A program made the translations under genes and the position numbers. The notes beneath the pieces are model-generated. The model searched no databases and was not told the DNA's origin. It worked only from the letters and a program-made list of their open reading frames with translations. DNA of 28,524 nucleotides from Flavobacteriales bacterium. Lineage in GTDB: Bacteria > Bacteroidota > Bacteroidia > Flavobacteriales_F > PHOS-HE28. Shown piece after piece: positions 16,096 to 25,725 of this stretch; the first letter of the stretch is position 1, and each line of letters starts with the position of its first letter. The stretch lies in NCBI GenBank assembly GCA_035389265.1, contig DAOORM010000001.1, positions 1 to 28,524 on the forward strand, in the 5' to 3' direction.

Positions 16096-16647
16096 ATGGC
16101 CAAGCGCAAGTCCACCCCAGTGAAGAAGGCAACGTCCCGCACTAGCGGGAAGACAGCCGTCAAGAAGACCGCGAAAACGTCGTTATCCCGAACAGGCGGT
16201 AAAGCCGCCAAGAAAGCGGTGAAAGCGGTCAAGAAAGCAGTCTCAGCAAAGAAGGCTGCTGCGAAACCTGCTGCGAAAAAGGTCGCCAAGAAAGCGGCCA
16301 AAGCGGTGAAGACCGTGAAGAAGGCTCTTTCGCGCCAGACCGGAAAAGTCGCGAAGAAGACCCAAGGATCCGCCAAGAAAGCGGTGAAGCAAGTGAAGGC
16401 CTCGGTGAAGAAGACCGAGCGCAAATCCACCAAGGCCGTGAAGCAGGTAAAGGCCTCCGTGAAGAAGGCAGCCAGCAAACCTGCTCGCAAGGCGGCCAAA
16501 AAGAGCCCCGTACGCAAGGCGATGGTGAAAGCCATTGCGGTCGTGATGAACACGGTGCAGGATGTACGGGAGAAGGTGAACACCATGTTGGGAGATAGCC
16601 CCGATACCGCCACCGCGACCAGCGAAGGCTCGGAAAAGAAGGATTGA
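16096..16647 (+). CDS. Histone H1-like Lys/Ala-rich nucleoid protein (183 aa)
   Basis: AAKK/AVKK/PAAKK repeats and a duplicated AVKQVKASVKK. Only one acidic residue occurs before the C-terminal segment. Confidence 0.8.
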   Translation: MAKRKSTPVKKATSRTSGKTAVKKTAKTSLSRTGGKAAKKAVKAVKKAVSAKKAAAKPAAKKVAKKAAKAVKTVKKALSRQTGKVAKKTQGSAKKAVKQVKASVKKTERKSTKAVKQVKASVKKAASKPARKAAKKSPVRKAMVKAIAVVMNTVQDVREKVNTMLGDSPDTATATSEGSEKKD

Positions 16648-16771
16648 ATACCCGCCGGGCAATAAGATAAGCTCGAGGGACAACGGCTGTGGCGACATGC
16701 GGGCAGGGAGCTTCCCGGCCTGATGTCCCACGGCCGTTGCGCATTCGTACACCAGTCTACACGGAACTGCA

Positions 16772-16779
16772 CACCTTTG
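16772..16779 (+). promoter_or_regulatory. -7-like box CACCTTTG before the GT4 gene
   Basis: One mismatch to TAnnTTTG, 4 nt before ATG 16784. Confidence 0.5.
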
Positions 16780-16783
16780 CGCC

Positions 16784-17926
16784 ATGCGCATCGTGGTGAA
16801 CACCCGCCTGCTCCTGGCCGATAAGCTGGAAGGCATCGGCTGGTTCGAGCATGAAGTGTTGCAACGGATCGTTGCGGCACATCCCGAGCACCACTTCATC
16901 TTCCTGTTCGATCGTCCGTTCGACAAGCGCTTCATCTATGCGGCCAACGTGGAAGGCGCGGTGCTCTTCCCGCCCACGCGACATCCCCTGCTCTACCGCC
17001 TTTGGTTCGACTGGCTGCTACCGCGCAAACTGAAAGCACTCCGAGCCGATGCCTTCATCTCGCCCGACGGCTATCTCGCCTTGCGCAGCACTGTGCCTAC
17101 ACTGGCCGTGATGCACGACCTCAACTTCGAGCACTATCCCGAAGACCTGCCCAAGGCTTACCGCGACTATTACCGCGGGTATTTCCCACGCTTCGCTAGG
17201 CACGCCACGCGATTGGCCACGGTGAGTGAGTACTCCCGCCGCGACATCGCCACCACCTACGGTGTGAACGAAGGCCGGATCGACGTGGTTTACAACGGCG
17301 TGGGCGCGGTATTCAGACCACTCACGAAAGAGGAGCGCAAGGCCGCTGCACAGGAATTCACTGATGGGCACCCGTACCTCGTGTGTATCGGCTCGCTCAA
17401 TCCGCGCAAGAACATCGCGCGGCTCCTCCTCGCCTTCGATGAACTGGTTGAGCGGCACCGGTCACCCATGCGGCTGCTCGTGGTGGGCGAACGCATGTGG
17501 TGGGATGGTCGCATGGAGGATGCTTGGGAGAACATGCGCCACCAGGACCGTGTCATCTTCACCGGGCGCCTACAGCAGGATCGTTTGCACCGCGCGCTGG
17601 GTGGCGCCGCCGCCCTGGCTTTCGTGAGCTACTTCGAAGGCTTCGGCATTCCGGTGGCCGAGGCCATGCGTTGTGGCGTGCCGGTGGTGGCAGCCGAAGC
17701 CACCAGCTTGCCAGAGATCGCCGGTGATGCGGCACATTACTGCGACCCGTTCAGTGTGGAGGACATCACACGCGCGCTGTATGACGTGAGCACCGACCCC
17801 GAACTGCGCGCCACCTTGAGCGCTACCGGCATCGAACGGTCAAAACGATACACCTGGGATCAAGCGGCCGACACGTTGTGGGCTTCGTTCCAGGGCATGG
17901 CCGCTGATGCCGGTCTACCCCGTTGA
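16784..17926 (+). CDS. Glycosyltransferase family 4 (GT-B)
   Basis: VMHDLNFEHYP, TVSEYSRRDI, VVYNGV, IGSLNPRKNI, EGFGIPVAEAMRCG (EX7E). Confidence 0.92.
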   Translation: MRIVVNTRLLLADKLEGIGWFEHEVLQRIVAAHPEHHFIFLFDRPFDKRFIYAANVEGAVLFPPTRHPLLYRLWFDWLLPRKLKALRADAFISPDGYLALRSTVPTLAVMHDLNFEHYPEDLPKAYRDYYRGYFPRFARHATRLATVSEYSRRDIATTYGVNEGRIDVVYNGVGAVFRPLTKEERKAAAQEFTDGHPYLVCIGSLNPRKNIARLLLAFDELVERHRSPMRLLVVGERMWWDGRMEDAWENMRHQDRVIFTGRLQQDRLHRALGGAAALAFVSYFEGFGIPVAEAMRCGVPVVAAEATSLPEIAGDAAHYCDPFSVEDITRALYDVSTDPELRATLSATGIERSKRYTWDQAADTLWASFQGMAADAGLPR

Positions 17927-17930
17927 TGCG

Positions 17931-18533
17931 ATGAGCCGTCTTGCTGCCTACCACACCAAAGGCCTGCTGGAAGCGGGCTGCGACGAAGCTGGCCGTGGTT
18001 GCCTCGCTGGTCCGGTGGTGGCCGCTGCGGTCATCCTGCCCGCTCGAGCACGGATCCCCGGTCTTGACGACAGCAAGAAGCTGACCGCCGCGAAACGCGA
18101 AGCCCTACGCCCGTTGATCGAAGCCCACGCCCTCGCCTGGGCCGTGGTGGCCGTGGAACCGGCGGAGATCGACACGCTCAACATCCTACGCGCCTCCTTT
18201 GTGGCCATGCACCGTGCCTTGGATGCCTTGCCCCAACGGCCGCAACACTTGTTGATCGATGGCAACCGCTTCATCCCCTACCGCGATATTCCACACACCT
18301 GTTTGGTGAAGGGTGATGGACGCTTCCGAAGCATCGCTGCGGCAAGCATCATCGCGAAGACCCACCGCGATGAATTGATGACGCGCTTGCACGCCGAACA
18401 TCCCGCATACAACTGGGCTATCAACAAAGGCTACCCCACCGAGGACCACCGTGAAGCCCTCAACCGGTTCGGGCCCTGTGCGCACCACCGCAAGAGTTTC
18501 CGGCTGAACTACGCGGAGCCGGAGTTGTTCTGA
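17931..18533 (+). CDS. rnhB: Ribonuclease HII
   Basis: GCDEAGRGCLAGPVVAAAV, DSKKL, IDGN, KGDG...SIAAASIIAK..RD, NKGYPT. Start set at ATG 17931. Confidence 0.96.
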   Translation: MSRLAAYHTKGLLEAGCDEAGRGCLAGPVVAAAVILPARARIPGLDDSKKLTAAKREALRPLIEAHALAWAVVAVEPAEIDTLNILRASFVAMHRALDALPQRPQHLLIDGNRFIPYRDIPHTCLVKGDGRFRSIAAASIIAKTHRDELMTRLHAEHPAYNWAINKGYPTEDHREALNRFGPCAHHRKSFRLNYAEPELF

Positions 18534-18703
18534 TCGACCGGCGACGCTTTCCGCGGATCCGCTTCAGCACGTGCGAAAGCCGGTGGCCAACATCGATGGC
18601 CATGTTGTTGTACGGGGCATGATCATAGGCCTGCGACATTCGAATCCACAAGCTCCTGTGCAAAGGCCACGTACCGCGCGGAAAGGTGCTCTTGCATCGC
18701 CGG

Positions 18704-18711
18704 TACCTTTG
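18704..18711 (+). promoter_or_regulatory. Bacteroidota -7 box TACCTTTG
   Basis: Exact TAnnTTTG match, just upstream of the 18716/18722 start. Confidence 0.65.
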
Positions 18712-18721
18712 AACATTGGCC

Positions 18722-21370
18722 ATGCGTCGTCTCCTGACCGTTCTCCTCTTGCTTGCCATAGCTGGTGCTACCGCTTGGACGTTGTACCGCTGGAACAGTA
18801 CGACCACGACACAGGCCGATGCATGGTCCGCCATTCCCGAGCGCGCAGCGGTGATCATAGAAGTTCCCGATGCGTGGGTCACCTGGGATCGCTTCACGCA
18901 CACCTCGCAACATTGGACCACACTGGAACACCTACCAGCGATGGCAGCAGTAGCTCGTCTGATGGCACAGACCACCACCCGTGCCGAGAACGATGCGGCT
19001 TTGCGCGCGGCCATCACCGACGTGACCATGCTGGTGGCCCTGATGCGAACGGGCAATGAAAAGGTGGATGTATTGCTCGCCTGTGCGCCGCGCATGTTGG
19101 ACGGTGTACCCATGCGCACGTTCGCTGAGTTGTTGAAGATCGATGAAGCGGCCATCAGCACCTTACAGCAAGGCGGTGTGGTACAGTGTACTCCCGACAC
19201 CGCATTGACCAGCCTCTCCATCGCTCTACGTGAAGGTGTTTGGCTGGTGGCGTCCTCTCCGGCCATGATGGACGAAGCGCTGCTTCACGCCAAGAGCGGC
19301 AGTAACATCACGCGTGACCCTTTGGTGAAGGAAGCCATGAACACAATGGGCGGAGGCGCAGACGCCCATGTGCTCGTTCACCTCGAACGTGCGCGTGGTC
19401 TCTTGCATACATGGTGGAAACCTGGCGTGATCGACCGTTACGATCCGCCAACGGGTTGGGTGGCCCTTGACGTGAGTGCTCGACCCGATGCCTTCCTGCT
19501 CAGCGGTCTGATCCTTCCGGACACGGCGCACACGATGCTCACCATGATCGATGCGCAAGGGAGCGGTCGCAACGACCTCGGCCGATGGTTGCCCGTGGAA
19601 GTATCCGCATGGGATGTACAGCAGGTAAGCGACGGCGAAGCCTACCTGCGCGCGAACGGCACGGCCAGCGACAGCGCCATCACCACCCTCGGTCCGAACC
19701 TGTTCAACTGGGTCAACGGCAGCTTCGGTCTGGCCCACAGCAGCGACACCACGACCAACGGATCACGCATGTGGGCGCTCTTCCAAACCGGCGATCCTGA
19801 AGGCGCCGCTGTTGAGCTGAGTAGGCTCTGTCCCGATGGTGCCACCTGCGACACCTTGAACCATCGTGGTATCCGGATGACACGGATGCCGGTGGCGCAC
19901 GCTTATGAACGCTTGCTTGGCGACGCGTTCGCCGCATTCGACCAACCGTGGTGGAGCGTACTGGGCGATGTGGTGGTGGTGGCTCCTGAGGCCGATGTGT
20001 TGCGTACGGCCATCGATGCTTGGAACGACGGGCGCACGCTCGCGGAAGATGCGCGCACCAACGCGTGGACCGAACGCATCGCTTCCACCGCAGGAAGGAC
20101 CATGCGCTGGGACATCGCGCGCCACTGGGCGCATTTCTCAGCGGACATGAAAACCGCGGCAGCTGAGGCGTACACGAATGAACAGGCCACCTGGCAGCGT
20201 TTCGGAGGGCTCGCCATCCAACTCACACCGGCGATGCACGGCCGCACACACATCACCATCGGTCTGGAACATGCGCCGGTGGCAGCACGGAGTAACGGCA
20301 TCCACTGGAGCACACCGCTGCCACCAGGCATTTCGCGCCGACCGGACATCCTCCTCAACCATACCAACGGGACACGTGAAGTACTGGTACAGGATGGCGA
20401 CCACCGCATCCATCTACTGGGCTCATCGGGCAAGGTGCTCTGGCGTTACGCGCTCGACGGGCCTATCCTCGGTGAGGTCCACCAAGTGGATCGTTTCAAG
20501 AACGGCAAATTGCAACTGCTCTTCACCACGGCCGGTCGCATCCACTTGATCGACCGCAACGGCAAGGATGTCGGAGGGTTCCCGATCGATCTACCCGCGA
20601 AAGCGACCGCACCGCTGGCCGTGTTCGATTACGAAGGCACGAAGGACTACCGTGCAGTGGTCGGCCTGGCCGATGGGCGTATCGTGAATTACGGCATGGA
20701 CGGCGCTGCCACGACGGGTTGGGAAACGCCTCGCTTGAACGGGCCGAGCACCAATGCAACGCAGCACCTGCGTATCAAGAACAAGGACTACCTGGTGGCC
20801 TTCGATCGCAACGGACCGATCAAGGTGTTGGACCGGCGCGGTAGCGAGCGGGAAAAGGCGACCCTTGAGCTCGGCGAGGGAGCTCGTGTACTTGCACTGA
20901 CACCCGGCTTTGAATGGAGCACCTCGCAGGTGATCTGGGCCGATACCACCGGCACATTGTATTCTGCTGCGCTCAACAGTACACCCAAAGCGCTCAGCGG
21001 CCCGGGCACCAACCAGCTCGGTGAAATGGCCGATGATGGCATCCAGGACATCGTACAGGTGAAGAGCGATAGTGTGTTGGTAAGCCACAGCGGTAAAGAA
21101 GTATGGTCACGCTCGTTCGGCGCGTTGCTACACCCTGAGGTGGAGCGGTACAAGCTTTCCTTGGGTACGGTGTACGGCGTAGTGATCCCCGAGCGCGAAC
21201 AGATCACCTTGATCGATGCGACGGGGCGTGAGGTTGATGGACTCCCTGTACGGGGTAATACGCCCTTCCGGATCGCCGACCTTGACCTCGACGGCACCTT
21301 GGAATTGGTGACGGTGACCTCAGACGGCCATGTGGTGGCCTACAACGTGTTGCCGAGCACGGCGAAGTGA
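18722..21370 (+). CDS. Large membrane-anchored hypothetical protein (DUF3352-like N-terminal region, C-terminal PQQ/FG-GAP-like beta-propeller)
   Basis: N-terminal anchor MRRLLTVLLLLAIAGATAWTLY. C-terminal repeats GKVLWRYALDG, LIDRNGKDVGGFP, LIDATGREVDGLP, IADLDLDGTLELVT. The start may be ATG 18716 or ATG 18722. Confidence 0.75.
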   Translation: MRRLLTVLLLLAIAGATAWTLYRWNSTTTTQADAWSAIPERAAVIIEVPDAWVTWDRFTHTSQHWTTLEHLPAMAAVARLMAQTTTRAENDAALRAAITDVTMLVALMRTGNEKVDVLLACAPRMLDGVPMRTFAELLKIDEAAISTLQQGGVVQCTPDTALTSLSIALREGVWLVASSPAMMDEALLHAKSGSNITRDPLVKEAMNTMGGGADAHVLVHLERARGLLHTWWKPGVIDRYDPPTGWVALDVSARPDAFLLSGLILPDTAHTMLTMIDAQGSGRNDLGRWLPVEVSAWDVQQVSDGEAYLRANGTASDSAITTLGPNLFNWVNGSFGLAHSSDTTTNGSRMWALFQTGDPEGAAVELSRLCPDGATCDTLNHRGIRMTRMPVAHAYERLLGDAFAAFDQPWWSVLGDVVVVAPEADVLRTAIDAWNDGRTLAEDARTNAWTERIASTAGRTMRWDIARHWAHFSADMKTAAAEAYTNEQATWQRFGGLAIQLTPAMHGRTHITIGLEHAPVAARSNGIHWSTPLPPGISRRPDILLNHTNGTREVLVQDGDHRIHLLGSSGKVLWRYALDGPILGEVHQVDRFKNGKLQLLFTTAGRIHLIDRNGKDVGGFPIDLPAKATAPLAVFDYEGTKDYRAVVGLADGRIVNYGMDGAATTGWETPRLNGPSTNATQHLRIKNKDYLVAFDRNGPIKVLDRRGSEREKATLELGEGARVLALTPGFEWSTSQVIWADTTGTLYSAALNSTPKALSGPGTNQLGEMADDGIQDIVQVKSDSVLVSHSGKEVWSRSFGALLHPEVERYKLSLGTVYGVVIPEREQITLIDATGREVDGLPVRGNTPFRIADLDLDGTLELVTVTSDGHVVAYNVLPSTAK

Positions 21371-21400
21371 TCGAACGTGCCGCTTAGCGGAAGCATGCCC

Positions 21401-21408
21401 TAGTTTTG
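21401..21408 (+). promoter_or_regulatory. Bacteroidota -7 box TAGTTTTG for the K+ uptake operon
   Basis: Exact TAnnTTTG match, 43 nt before ATG 21452. Confidence 0.65.
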
Positions 21409-21451
21409 TCCGCTCTCCTTCGCCAGGGGTGGCGAACCACACCCCGGCCGC

Positions 21452-23212
21452 ATGAAACAAGCCCTTCTCCGCACTGCATTACGCAAGGAAGTGGTCGGGC
21501 TCGCCCGCCTTACGGTCATCATACTGGCGGTGTTCCTGTTACTGCTCGAATTCGGCTACCGTGCCGACGCCTCCACCAACGCCTTGCTCGATCAGTTGAG
21601 CTACGGCCTGGTGATCGGTGCCACCTTCGTGATGTTCGGCAGCTTGCTGCGCACCAACCTGCGCAAGGAGCATTTGCGGAAGGCGGAGCTGGCCTGGTTC
21701 GTCGCGGCATTGGTGCTCATCCTGGTGGAACCCTTGGGATTGAAGGCACTTGTGACGGAAAGCCGGTGGCCGAACCTCATCTTCCTGTTCCTCTTCGTGT
21801 TCATCGAACTTTCGCGGCTCGAGATCGGACGTAACAGCGCGCTCTTCAATCCGGCACTACTCTTCACCACCAGCTTCATCCTGGTGATCGCCATCGGTGC
21901 GGCCTTGCTCATGCTCCCAAAGGCGACCACCCGACCCATGGCCTTGGTGGATGCCGTGTTCACCTCCACCTCGGCGGTTTGCGTCACTGGACTAAGTACC
22001 ATCGACGTGGGCAAGGACCTCACCTTCCTCGGTCAATGCGTGCTGTTGTCGTTGATCCAGATCGGTGGTCTGGGAGTGATGACCTTCACCAGCTTCTTCG
22101 CGTTCTTCTTCAAGGGTCGCAGCTCCTTGGAGGAACAGTTGCGCATCCGCGACATCGCCAACACCTCGCTAAACAGTGCGCGCTCCTTCATCACGCAGGT
22201 CATCCTCTTCACCATCAGCGTAGAGATCATCGGCGCGGTGTTCATCTACCTCTCCATACCGGCTATGGAATTCAAGGATGCGGGTGAACGCGTCTTCTTC
22301 GCGGCATTCCACTCCATTTCCTCGTTCAACAACGCAGGGTTCTCCACGGAGACCTTGGGTATGTACGAACTGCCCTACCGGTTCAACTACCCGCTCATGT
22401 GGGTCCTGGCGCTGCTCTTCATCTTCGGCGGCTTGGGCTTCGGCATCATCTTCAACTTCAGCCGCTACACGCGCTTGTGGATCACGGGGCGTATCAAACG
22501 GCTCATGACCGGCGAACCTTGTCAGCGCAATCCACGAGTGGTGAATCTGAACAGTCGCATGGCCCTACAGGTGACGGCACTGCTCATCGTGATCGGCACG
22601 GTGGCTGTGCTCGTCTTCGAATGGAACGGCGCATTGGCTGCACACCCCACGTGGTGGGGCCGCCTCAGCACGGCCTTCTTCACAGGTGTGACCCCACGAA
22701 CAGCCGGCTTCAACGTAGTGGACTACAGCACGCTCGCGGTACCCACGCTCATGATCACCCTCCTCTTGATGTACGTGGGCGCTTCACCGGGTAGTACGGG
22801 TGGTGGCATCAAGACGACCACCCTTGGCGTGGCCACCTTGAACATCTTCGCGACGGCGCGCGGGCGACGGCGCATCGAGTACGGTGGACGTGAACTGAGC
22901 AACCTGAGCGTGCGCAGGGCATTCGCGGCCATCGTCCTTTCACTGGTCTTCCTCGGCCTCTCCATCAGCATCGTAGCCTCCATGGAAAGCGGGCTCGGGC
23001 TGATGCCCATTGCCTTCGAATGCTTCAGCGCGTACAGCACAGTGGGTTTGAGCATGGGCATAACGGGCCAACTGGGCGACCCGACGAAACTGGCCCTTGT
23101 CGTGGTCATGTTCATCGGTCGTGTCAGCGCGCTCACCCTGCTCATCGGCGTGCTCCGGCAGGTGCAGACCACCGCGTACCGGTACCCCAAGGAGGACATC
23201 ATCATCAACTGA
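21452..23212 (+). CDS. ktrB: TrkH/KtrB-family K+ uptake membrane subunit with N-terminal TM extension
   Basis: Four pore-loop motifs: SAVCVTGL, SSFNNAGF, TPRTAGF, SAYSTVGL. Also GASPGSTGGGIKTTT and MFIGRV. Confidence 0.9.
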   Translation: MKQALLRTALRKEVVGLARLTVIILAVFLLLLEFGYRADASTNALLDQLSYGLVIGATFVMFGSLLRTNLRKEHLRKAELAWFVAALVLILVEPLGLKALVTESRWPNLIFLFLFVFIELSRLEIGRNSALFNPALLFTTSFILVIAIGAALLMLPKATTRPMALVDAVFTSTSAVCVTGLSTIDVGKDLTFLGQCVLLSLIQIGGLGVMTFTSFFAFFFKGRSSLEEQLRIRDIANTSLNSARSFITQVILFTISVEIIGAVFIYLSIPAMEFKDAGERVFFAAFHSISSFNNAGFSTETLGMYELPYRFNYPLMWVLALLFIFGGLGFGIIFNFSRYTRLWITGRIKRLMTGEPCQRNPRVVNLNSRMALQVTALLIVIGTVAVLVFEWNGALAAHPTWWGRLSTAFFTGVTPRTAGFNVVDYSTLAVPTLMITLLLMYVGASPGSTGGGIKTTTLGVATLNIFATARGRRRIEYGGRELSNLSVRRAFAAIVLSLVFLGLSISIVASMESGLGLMPIAFECFSAYSTVGLSMGITGQLGDPTKLALVVVMFIGRVSALTLLIGVLRQVQTTAYRYPKEDIIIN

Positions 23213-23218
23213 TCAACC

Positions 23219-23908
23219 ATGAAAGTAGCGGTCTTCGGCCTCGGCAACTTCGGTAGGCACCTCGCCATCAAGCTCACGCAACTGGGTCACGAGGTCATCG
23301 CCATCGATCACGACATGGAGAAGGTGGACAGCCTCAAATCAGAGGTCTCGTACGCGGTTTGCCTGGAGAGCAACGACCCGAAGGCCGTGGGTACATTGCC
23401 CTTGGACGATGTGGATGCGGCGGTGGTCGCGATCGGGGAGGACGAAGGCGCCAACATCATGACCACCGCGTTGCTGGTGAACCTGAAGGTGAAGCGCGTG
23501 ATCAGCCGGGCCATCAGCCCCCTGCACGAAATGGTCTTGAACTCCATGGGCGTAACGGACATCGTACACCCCGAGGAGAAAGCCGCGGAGGGTCTGGCCC
23601 GCAAGCTCAACCTACGGCGATTGGTGGATCAGTTCGAACTGCCTGGTGGCTTCATCATCGCGGAGATCGTGGTGCCCGACAAATTCGTAGGCAAGGCGTT
23701 GAACCAGGTCGGTGAACTGCGCGAACGCAAACTCGGTCTCGTCACCGTGCTGCGTAAGGAAAGCGAGAGGGACGTCTTCGGCCGGCGCTCCATCAAGCTC
23801 GGCGCCTTAGGTGTGATGGATCCCGGCTTCGTGCCCGAGAAGGGCGACATCCTCGTGCTCTTCGGCACCAAACAGGATGTGGTGCGTTTCACGGGCGAGA
23901 ACGACTGA
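23219..23908 (+). CDS. ktrA: TrkA/KtrA-family K+ uptake regulatory subunit (RCK_N + RCK_C)
   Basis: MKVAVFGLGNFG (GxGxxG), VIAID, VVAIGED, IVHPEE; begins 6 nt after the ktrB stop. Confidence 0.92.
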   Translation: MKVAVFGLGNFGRHLAIKLTQLGHEVIAIDHDMEKVDSLKSEVSYAVCLESNDPKAVGTLPLDDVDAAVVAIGEDEGANIMTTALLVNLKVKRVISRAISPLHEMVLNSMGVTDIVHPEEKAAEGLARKLNLRRLVDQFELPGGFIIAEIVVPDKFVGKALNQVGELRERKLGLVTVLRKESERDVFGRRSIKLGALGVMDPGFVPEKGDILVLFGTKQDVVRFTGEND

Positions 23909-23956
23909 TCGGCATCAGCGTGATCCGCCGCTGTGGAGCACAACTTTGACCGCAGC

Positions 23957-24316
23957 ATGCAACAGGATATCCTCGACCCAGCTGACACACGCGCACTCAT
24001 CGAACGGTTCTATACGCGAGCACGTCCCGATCCTTTGATCGGTCACTTCTTCACCGAACTGGACTGGGACCACCACATTCCGCACATCACCGCGTTCTGG
24101 AACATGGTGCTTTTCGGTGATCGATCCTTCCAAGGCGACCCCATGACCGCGCATAAGAAGTTGCATGCACGACTTCCGATGAAGCCCGCGCACTTCGCTC
24201 GCTGGGTGGAGTTGTTCCAAGCCACGGTGGATGAGCTCTTCACCGGACCGAAGGCCGAAGAAGCGAAACAGCGGGCAGCGACGATCGCCGGTGTGATGAT
24301 GCACAAGGTGCTCTAG
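23957..24316 (+). CDS. Group III truncated hemoglobin (trHbP)
   Basis: LIERFYTRARPDPLIGHFF, WDHHIPHITAFW, PMTAH (proximal His), HFARWVELFQATVDELF. Confidence 0.9.
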   Translation: MQQDILDPADTRALIERFYTRARPDPLIGHFFTELDWDHHIPHITAFWNMVLFGDRSFQGDPMTAHKKLHARLPMKPAHFARWVELFQATVDELFTGPKAEEAKQRAATIAGVMMHKVL

Positions 24317-24319
24317 CGC

Positions 24320-25315
24320 CTACTTCCGCGGTTTCCGCAACACGATGCGCTGTCCGGTGCTCAAGGTGGCATCCACGCCCAACCCATTGTACTTCGCCAG
24401 CTTCTCGAGTTTCACGCCGTATTGCTGGCTCACATCCCAGAGGGTCTCGCCCGGGCCGGCCACGTGCTCCGCAGCGCTCTTGGAGGCGTTGCGCTTCGGT
24501 TGGATGTAGATGCGCTGCCCCGCTTCGAGCTTCGCGTTCTTATCCATGTCGTTCCACCGCGCGAGCATGCCGTGGGTCATCTCCAGGTCCTGGGCCAACT
24601 TGCGGAAATCGTCGCCCTCCTTGGTGACCACGTACTTGATGCGGCCTTCGTAGCTCTCCACCGCGCGGCCGGCACCAGCGCTCCAGGTGATCACATCGCT
24701 ATCGTTACCACGCTTGGCGGGCTTGCGGCCACTGGGTTTCGTGGTGTTTGGCTTGGAAGCGGTAGGGCTGCTCGGTTTAGGTCTGTACGTCACATCGATC
24801 CCCTTGTCCAACTTGTGCAGCTCGTAGCGATCGATGAGCGCGATGAGTTTGGTGGGATAATTGGGATCGGTGGCGTAGCCGGCCTTCTTCAGACCGCGGG
24901 CCCATCCTTCGTAGTCGGTGGGCTTCAGTTCGAACAGCGCGGCATAGCGGGGTTTCTGGAGGAACTTGGCGTGGTCCTCGTAGCTCTGCGCCGCATCCTT
25001 GTATTTGCGGAAACAATCGTCCTTCTTGTCATCGTCGTGGTAGGTGCGGCCACCGGTCCAATCGGGGGTGCACTTGATGCCGAAGTGGTTGTTGCCTTCG
25101 CGGGCCAGCTCGCTATTGCCGTTACCGCTCTCCAACAACCCTTGGGCGAGCGTGATGCTGGCCGGAATGCCGTGCTCCTTCATCTTCTTCACGGCCACCT
25201 CCTTCCACTCCTGGATGTACTCCTCCGGGGTGAAACGACGCTCGGGCGGCTGCCCCTGTGCGGAGAGGGCCGTGGTCAGGACCAGGGCAAGCGGCAGGAT
25301 GGCGGTTTTCAACAT
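24320..25315 (-). CDS. GH73 glucosaminidase/muramidase with two LysM domains
   Basis: Signal peptide; GIPASITLAQGLLESG, NNHFGIKC, GYATDPNY; LysM-like YVVTKEGDDFRKLA and HVAGPGETLWDVSQQYGV. Confidence 0.92.
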   Translation of the reverse strand: MLKTAILPLALVLTTALSAQGQPPERRFTPEEYIQEWKEVAVKKMKEHGIPASITLAQGLLESGNGNSELAREGNNHFGIKCTPDWTGGRTYHDDDKKDDCFRKYKDAAQSYEDHAKFLQKPRYAALFELKPTDYEGWARGLKKAGYATDPNYPTKLIALIDRYELHKLDKGIDVTYRPKPSSPTASKPNTTKPSGRKPAKRGNDSDVITWSAGAGRAVESYEGRIKYVVTKEGDDFRKLAQDLEMTHGMLARWNDMDKNAKLEAGQRIYIQPKRNASKSAAEHVAGPGETLWDVSQQYGVKLEKLAKYNGLGVDATLSTGQRIVLRKPRK

Positions 25316-25433
25316 TTGAACACGGACCTTGGACCGGGTAAGGCGGTCGTTGGGATGGTGCGAAACTATTGGGGTGCAGGAGGGTTATCCACGATCCATC
25401 CACAGAGTAACGCACCATGCCGTGTGGAAATAA

Positions 25434-25676
<243 letters not shown>

Positions 25677-25725
25677 ATCCAGGCAGCGTTCGAAGCGATC
25701 GTGCTATCTTCACGAAAAGCCATCC

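Noticed and set aside
16381-16467. Repeats in the H1-like gene as a CRISPR or VNTR array
   Set aside because: They are in-frame coding repeats with synonymous variation and no spacer structure.
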